Assembly: GCA_039931865.1 (NCBI GenBank)
Contig: JBDTRB010000005.1
Span: 137-64,136, forward strand
DNA from: Acidobacteriota bacterium
GTDB taxonomy: Bacteria; Acidobacteriota; Thermoanaerobaculia; UBA5066; Gp7-AA6
DNA length: 64,000 nucleotides
Direction of reading: 5' to 3'
The position numbers and the translations under genes are program-made. Each line of letters starts with the position of its first letter. Position 1 is the stretch's first letter. Shown piece by piece: positions 60,576-64,000 of this stretch. The notes under the pieces are model-generated. The model was not told the DNA's origin. It saw nothing but the letters and a program-made list of their open reading frames with translations, and made no database searches.

Positions 60576-61265
60576 CTAACCCACCCTTCCAAACTTCGCC
60601 AGCAGCTCGGGCAACGTTCGCACCCTTTCCACCGGCTCTTCGGCAGCTCCCGTTCCGATCAGGATCGCGCGCATTCCGGCCCTGCGCGCTCCGAGGACGT
60701 CGATCGAGTAGATGTCGCCGACGTATACGCACTCCGCCGAAGTCACCCCCAGGCGGTCCGTGGCCGCCTGGAAGATTCGCGGGTCCGGCTTTTCGAACCC
60801 GACCTCGAACGAGTCGACGACCACTTCTAAAAACGGCGACAGCCCCGCGATCTCGAGGAGCGCGCGGACACGGCCGTCCGCGTTCGACACGACGCCGATC
60901 CGGTAGCCGCGCTCCTTGAGAGTCGAGAGCGTCTCGATCGCGCCCTCGGCGGCGCGCGACCAGAGGTTGGAGCGCGCGTGCTCCGCACCGACGGCCGCGG
61001 CCGCGGCGCGCCTCGCTTCCTCGTCCTCGATGCCGAGTCCCCGGAGAATCTCGTTCAAAAAGTACGGGACGCGCTCAGCGTCGGTCGAAGCGGGATTCTG
61101 TGCGATCCAGGCTCCGAGGGCCGCCGCCCCGGCCGCCGCGGCGCGGTCGAATCCGCTCGCGGCGTGCGGCACGCCGGCGGCCCGGGCAATCCGGTCGCCA
61201 TCCAGGTGGATGAGCGTCCCGCCGGCGTCGAAGAGGATGGCTTTCGGCGGGGGTCGTTCGCTCAA
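60576..61265 (-). CDS. HAD-superfamily hydrolase
   Basis: LFDAGGTL, VVSNAD, EKPDPRIF, YVGD..D. Confidence 0.9.
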   Translation of the reverse strand: MSERPPPKAILFDAGGTLIHLDGDRIARAAGVPHAASGFDRAAAAGAAALGAWIAQNPASTDAERVPYFLNEILRGLGIEDEEARRAAAAAVGAEHARSNLWSRAAEGAIETLSTLKERGYRIGVVSNADGRVRALLEIAGLSPFLEVVVDSFEVGFEKPDPRIFQAATDRLGVTSAECVYVGDIYSIDVLGARRAGMRAILIGTGAAEEPVERVRTLPELLAKFGRVG

Positions 61266-61296
61266 GTTGGATGGAGGCAGCAGCGAGCCCAGGAGC

Positions 61297-62619
61297 TCAG
61301 GTCAACTCGGCGCGGACGGCCGCTTCGAGCTCGCCCGCGATCTGAAAGACCTCGCCGGCGTCGGGCCCTTCCACCAGGATGCGCAGAAGCGGCTCGGTTC
61401 CGGAGTAGCGCAGGAAAATCCGGCCGCGACCGTCGAACTGCCGCCGCGCCCGGGCGACGGCGAGGGTGACGGAGGGAAGGTCGTCGATCTCCACGCGCCT
61501 CGCCACGCGCACGTTGCGCAGCGCCTGCGGGGTCTTCTCCAGGGTCGCCAGTTTCGAAAGCGGCTGCCCGCTCTCGACCAGGATGGAGGCCAGAAGGAGC
61601 GTCGTCAGAATCCCGTCCCCCGCGGGAGAGAAAGGGAGAAGGACATGGCCGGACGTCTCGCCGCCGAGAGTCGCTCCGGTCTCCTCCATCAGGCGCGCGA
61701 CGTTGCGGTCGCCCACCGCGGAGCGGTAGAACCGAATCTCCTCGCGCGCAAACGCGGCTTCGAGCGCGAAATTCGACATCACGGTCCCGACGACGCCCCC
61801 GGGATTCAGGATGCCTTTGCGCTTCCAGTCGCTCGCAATGATCCAGAGCACGTCGTCGCCGTCGAGGATCCTGCCCATCTCGTCGGAAAAGATCGAGCGG
61901 TCGGCGTCGCCGTCGTACGCCACGCCGAGCGCAGCGCCCTTTTCGCGAAGTGCCCCGAGCATGTTCTCGGGATGGAGCGCGCCGCACCCTTCGTTGATAT
62001 TGCGTCCGTCCGGGGCGTCGCAGATCGCGTCGACGTGCGCGCCCGCCCGGCGCAGCGCCGTGGGACCCAGGCGGAACGCGGCTCCGTTGCCCGCATCGAC
62101 CAGGATCCGCGCGCCCTCGAGCCGCACCGGGACGCTTTTCGCCATCCGGGCGAGGTAGAGCTCCGAGAGCGCCGGGTTCGCTTCGAGAGCAGCCGCGGGC
62201 TCCGCGCTGCGGTCCTTCTTTCCCGCGAGGAGCTTCATCTCCAGCGCTTCCTCCTCCGCGTCCGGCCACTTCCGCGCGTCCGGGCCGAAGATCTTGATCC
62301 CGTTGTCCTGCCAGGGATTGTGGGAGGCGGAGACAGAGACGCCCGCTCCCGCGCCGAGCCCCAGGACGACCTCCGCGACACCCGGCGTCGGGATCACTCC
62401 CGCCGAGGCGACTTCGCCTCCGGCCTCAATGATGCCGGCGGAGATCTGCGCCACGATTCGCGGCGTCGATTCCCGCGTGTCGCCTCCGACGACCGCGGTC
62501 GGATTTCCTGAGGCCTTCAGCCGCCGTCCGAGCTCCCGCCCGATGTCCCGAACGGTTGCGTCGTCGAGCGGAAATTCGCCAGCGTGCCCGCGGAGACCGT
62601 CGGTGCCGAAGAGCTTCAT
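61297..62619 (-). CDS. glmM: Phosphoglucosamine mutase
   Basis: FGTDGLRG, SASHNP, DGDADR, GGETSGH, RYSGTEP. Confidence 0.94.
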   Translation of the reverse strand: MKLFGTDGLRGHAGEFPLDDATVRDIGRELGRRLKASGNPTAVVGGDTRESTPRIVAQISAGIIEAGGEVASAGVIPTPGVAEVVLGLGAGAGVSVSASHNPWQDNGIKIFGPDARKWPDAEEEALEMKLLAGKKDRSAEPAAALEANPALSELYLARMAKSVPVRLEGARILVDAGNGAAFRLGPTALRRAGAHVDAICDAPDGRNINEGCGALHPENMLGALREKGAALGVAYDGDADRSIFSDEMGRILDGDDVLWIIASDWKRKGILNPGGVVGTVMSNFALEAAFAREEIRFYRSAVGDRNVARLMEETGATLGGETSGHVLLPFSPAGDGILTTLLLASILVESGQPLSKLATLEKTPQALRNVRVARRVEIDDLPSVTLAVARARRQFDGRGRIFLRYSGTEPLLRILVEGPDAGEVFQIAGELEAAVRAELT

Positions 62620-63323
62620 TTTTTTCGCGGCCTGGGAGCCGGCGTGATCATTGGCTCAACTCCCACAACCGGGTGGAGGTGCACCGTCACCGTGACGATC
62701 TGCCCCTCGCGCACGCGCACGCCCGGGGCGTCCGCGACCACCGTGGCCGGGGTGCTGAAGGTCGCCGAGCGTTCGGAAAGCGAGACCGGATCGGTCGAGA
62801 CCGAGGTCATCTTGCCCAGCACCGCCGAAGGGCCCGCGATCCGGGCCGAACGCGGCTCGATCGACACGTCGCCCACCTCCCACCCCGGCGCGGGCGTCCC
62901 GGTGAGGTTCGGAGCGATTGAAAGCACCTTCTCCGTGACGGCGTCGAGGACGATCCGCACGTCCGCGGGGGAGATGGCGATGACCTCGATCTCCGGCGCG
63001 ACGTTGATGTCTTCCGGGGCGAGGCGGTAGAGCCGTTCGCCCCGGGTCGCACCCTGAAGGTCGATCACTGCTTCGATTTTATCCGGGTCCACCTGCCGAA
63101 GAGCGGTGAACGGGCCCCGCACCCGGACGTCGACGGTCGGCGGCACGGCCGACGCGATGATCGTGCGCTCCGGAATGTTCACGACGGAGAGGGCGATGCG
63201 ATAGCTGCGTTCGGAAATGCGCTCACGTCTCTGCGCGGAAAGCACGAACCAGACCAGAAGCGCGATCCCGAGCGCGAGGACCTTGAGACCCAGGTTCCGC
63301 AGGAGTGCGGGCCGGGTTGCCAT
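62616..63323 (-). CDS. cdaR: YbbR/CdaR-domain regulator of diadenylate cyclase
   Basis: N-terminal TM, two YbbR-like repeats (PPTVDVRVRGP, PRSARIAGP); between cdaA and glmM. Confidence 0.85.
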   Translation of the reverse strand: MATRPALLRNLGLKVLALGIALLVWFVLSAQRRERISERSYRIALSVVNIPERTIIASAVPPTVDVRVRGPFTALRQVDPDKIEAVIDLQGATRGERLYRLAPEDINVAPEIEVIAISPADVRIVLDAVTEKVLSIAPNLTGTPAPGWEVGDVSIEPRSARIAGPSAVLGKMTSVSTDPVSLSERSATFSTPATVVADAPGVRVREGQIVTVTVHLHPVVGVEPMITPAPRPRKK

Positions 63324-64000
63324 CAGGCCGCCACCGCGAATTCCCGAAGCAGAAGATCCCGCAGCCCCTTTCCGTCCAGGTCTTCGATCAACTGTCCGTC
63401 CCTTGCCACGGAGATCGTGCCGCGCTCCTCGGACACAACGACCGCGAGCGCGTCTGTTTCCTCCGTGATGCCGATCGCCGCGCGGTGCCGTGTCCCGAAC
63501 CGCTTCGAGAGACTCTCGTTGATCGAGAGGGGGAGGAAGCAGGCCGCGGCGGCGACGCGCTCGCCCGAGAGGATCACGGCCCCGTCGTGGAGCGGGGTGC
63601 CGGGCGCAAATAGGGTGACGAGAAGGTCGTAAGAGACGGCGGAATCCAGGGGGACCCCGTTTTCGATGTAGTTCTTGAGCCCCTCGCGCCTCTCGAGCAC
63701 GATCAGGGCGCCCGTCTTGCGCGCCGACAAAGACGTGACCGCGAGCACGATGTCCGAAATCGTCTCCTCGGCGTGGTACCCGGAAAACCAGGAGAAGAAA
63801 GGCGTTCGCCCAAAGGTGGCGAGGGCGCGGCGGAGCTCCGACGCGAAGAGCACGATGATCGCGAATGGAACGTAGAAGAAGAGGGCCTGGAGAATCGTCC
63901 GGAGCGCGGCGAGCTTCAGGACGACCGCGAGCTCGTACAGAAGAAACACGGCCACGATCCCGAACACCATCTGGACCGCGCGCGTCCCCCGGATCAGCCG
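63323..64000 (-). CDS. cdaA: Diadenylate cyclase CdaA/DacA, N-terminus beyond the window end
   Basis: TM helices, GALIV, PLHDGA, GTRHRAA, VVVSEE. Confidence 0.93.
   Translation of the reverse strand, partial: RLIRGTRAVQMVFGIVAVFLLYELAVVLKLAALRTILQALFFYVPFAIIVLFASELRRALATFGRTPFFSWFSGYHAEETISDIVLAVTSLSARKTGALIVLERREGLKNYIENGVPLDSAVSYDLLVTLFAPGTPLHDGAVILSGERVAAAACFLPLSINESLSKRFGTRHRAAIGITEETDALAVVVSEERGTISVARDGQLIEDLDGKGLRDLLLREFAVAA

Overview
GC-rich bacterial chromosomal window. Gene style suggests an Acidobacteriota-like organism, but this is inference only. It is mostly core and metabolic genes: two paralogous CUT1-type ABC importers, aceB-glcDEF glycolate use, thrABC, aguBA, porin-MFS-acs, lemA-htpX, smc, ligA and cdaA-cdaR-glmM, plus tRNA-Thr(CGT) with a short accessory stretch beside it. 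No CRISPR array, rRNA, transposase or integrase is visible. Best leads: (1) a translationally coupled operon of an active ketosynthase, a catalytically dead chain-length-factor-like KS, a thioesterase, an exosortase H and a membrane protein, suggesting a lipid-anchor/protein-sorting system; (2) a three-copy ~250-bp structured intergenic element whose stems show compensatory base changes; (3) ABC permeases carrying inserted SPOR-like and lipoyl-like periplasmic modules that their paralogs in the same window lack; (4) an unnamed domain present both as a response-regulator output and as a stand-alone neighbour; (5) widespread leaderless-promoter geometry and apparent CTG starts. All protein calls come from motif recognition by eye; no database was searched.
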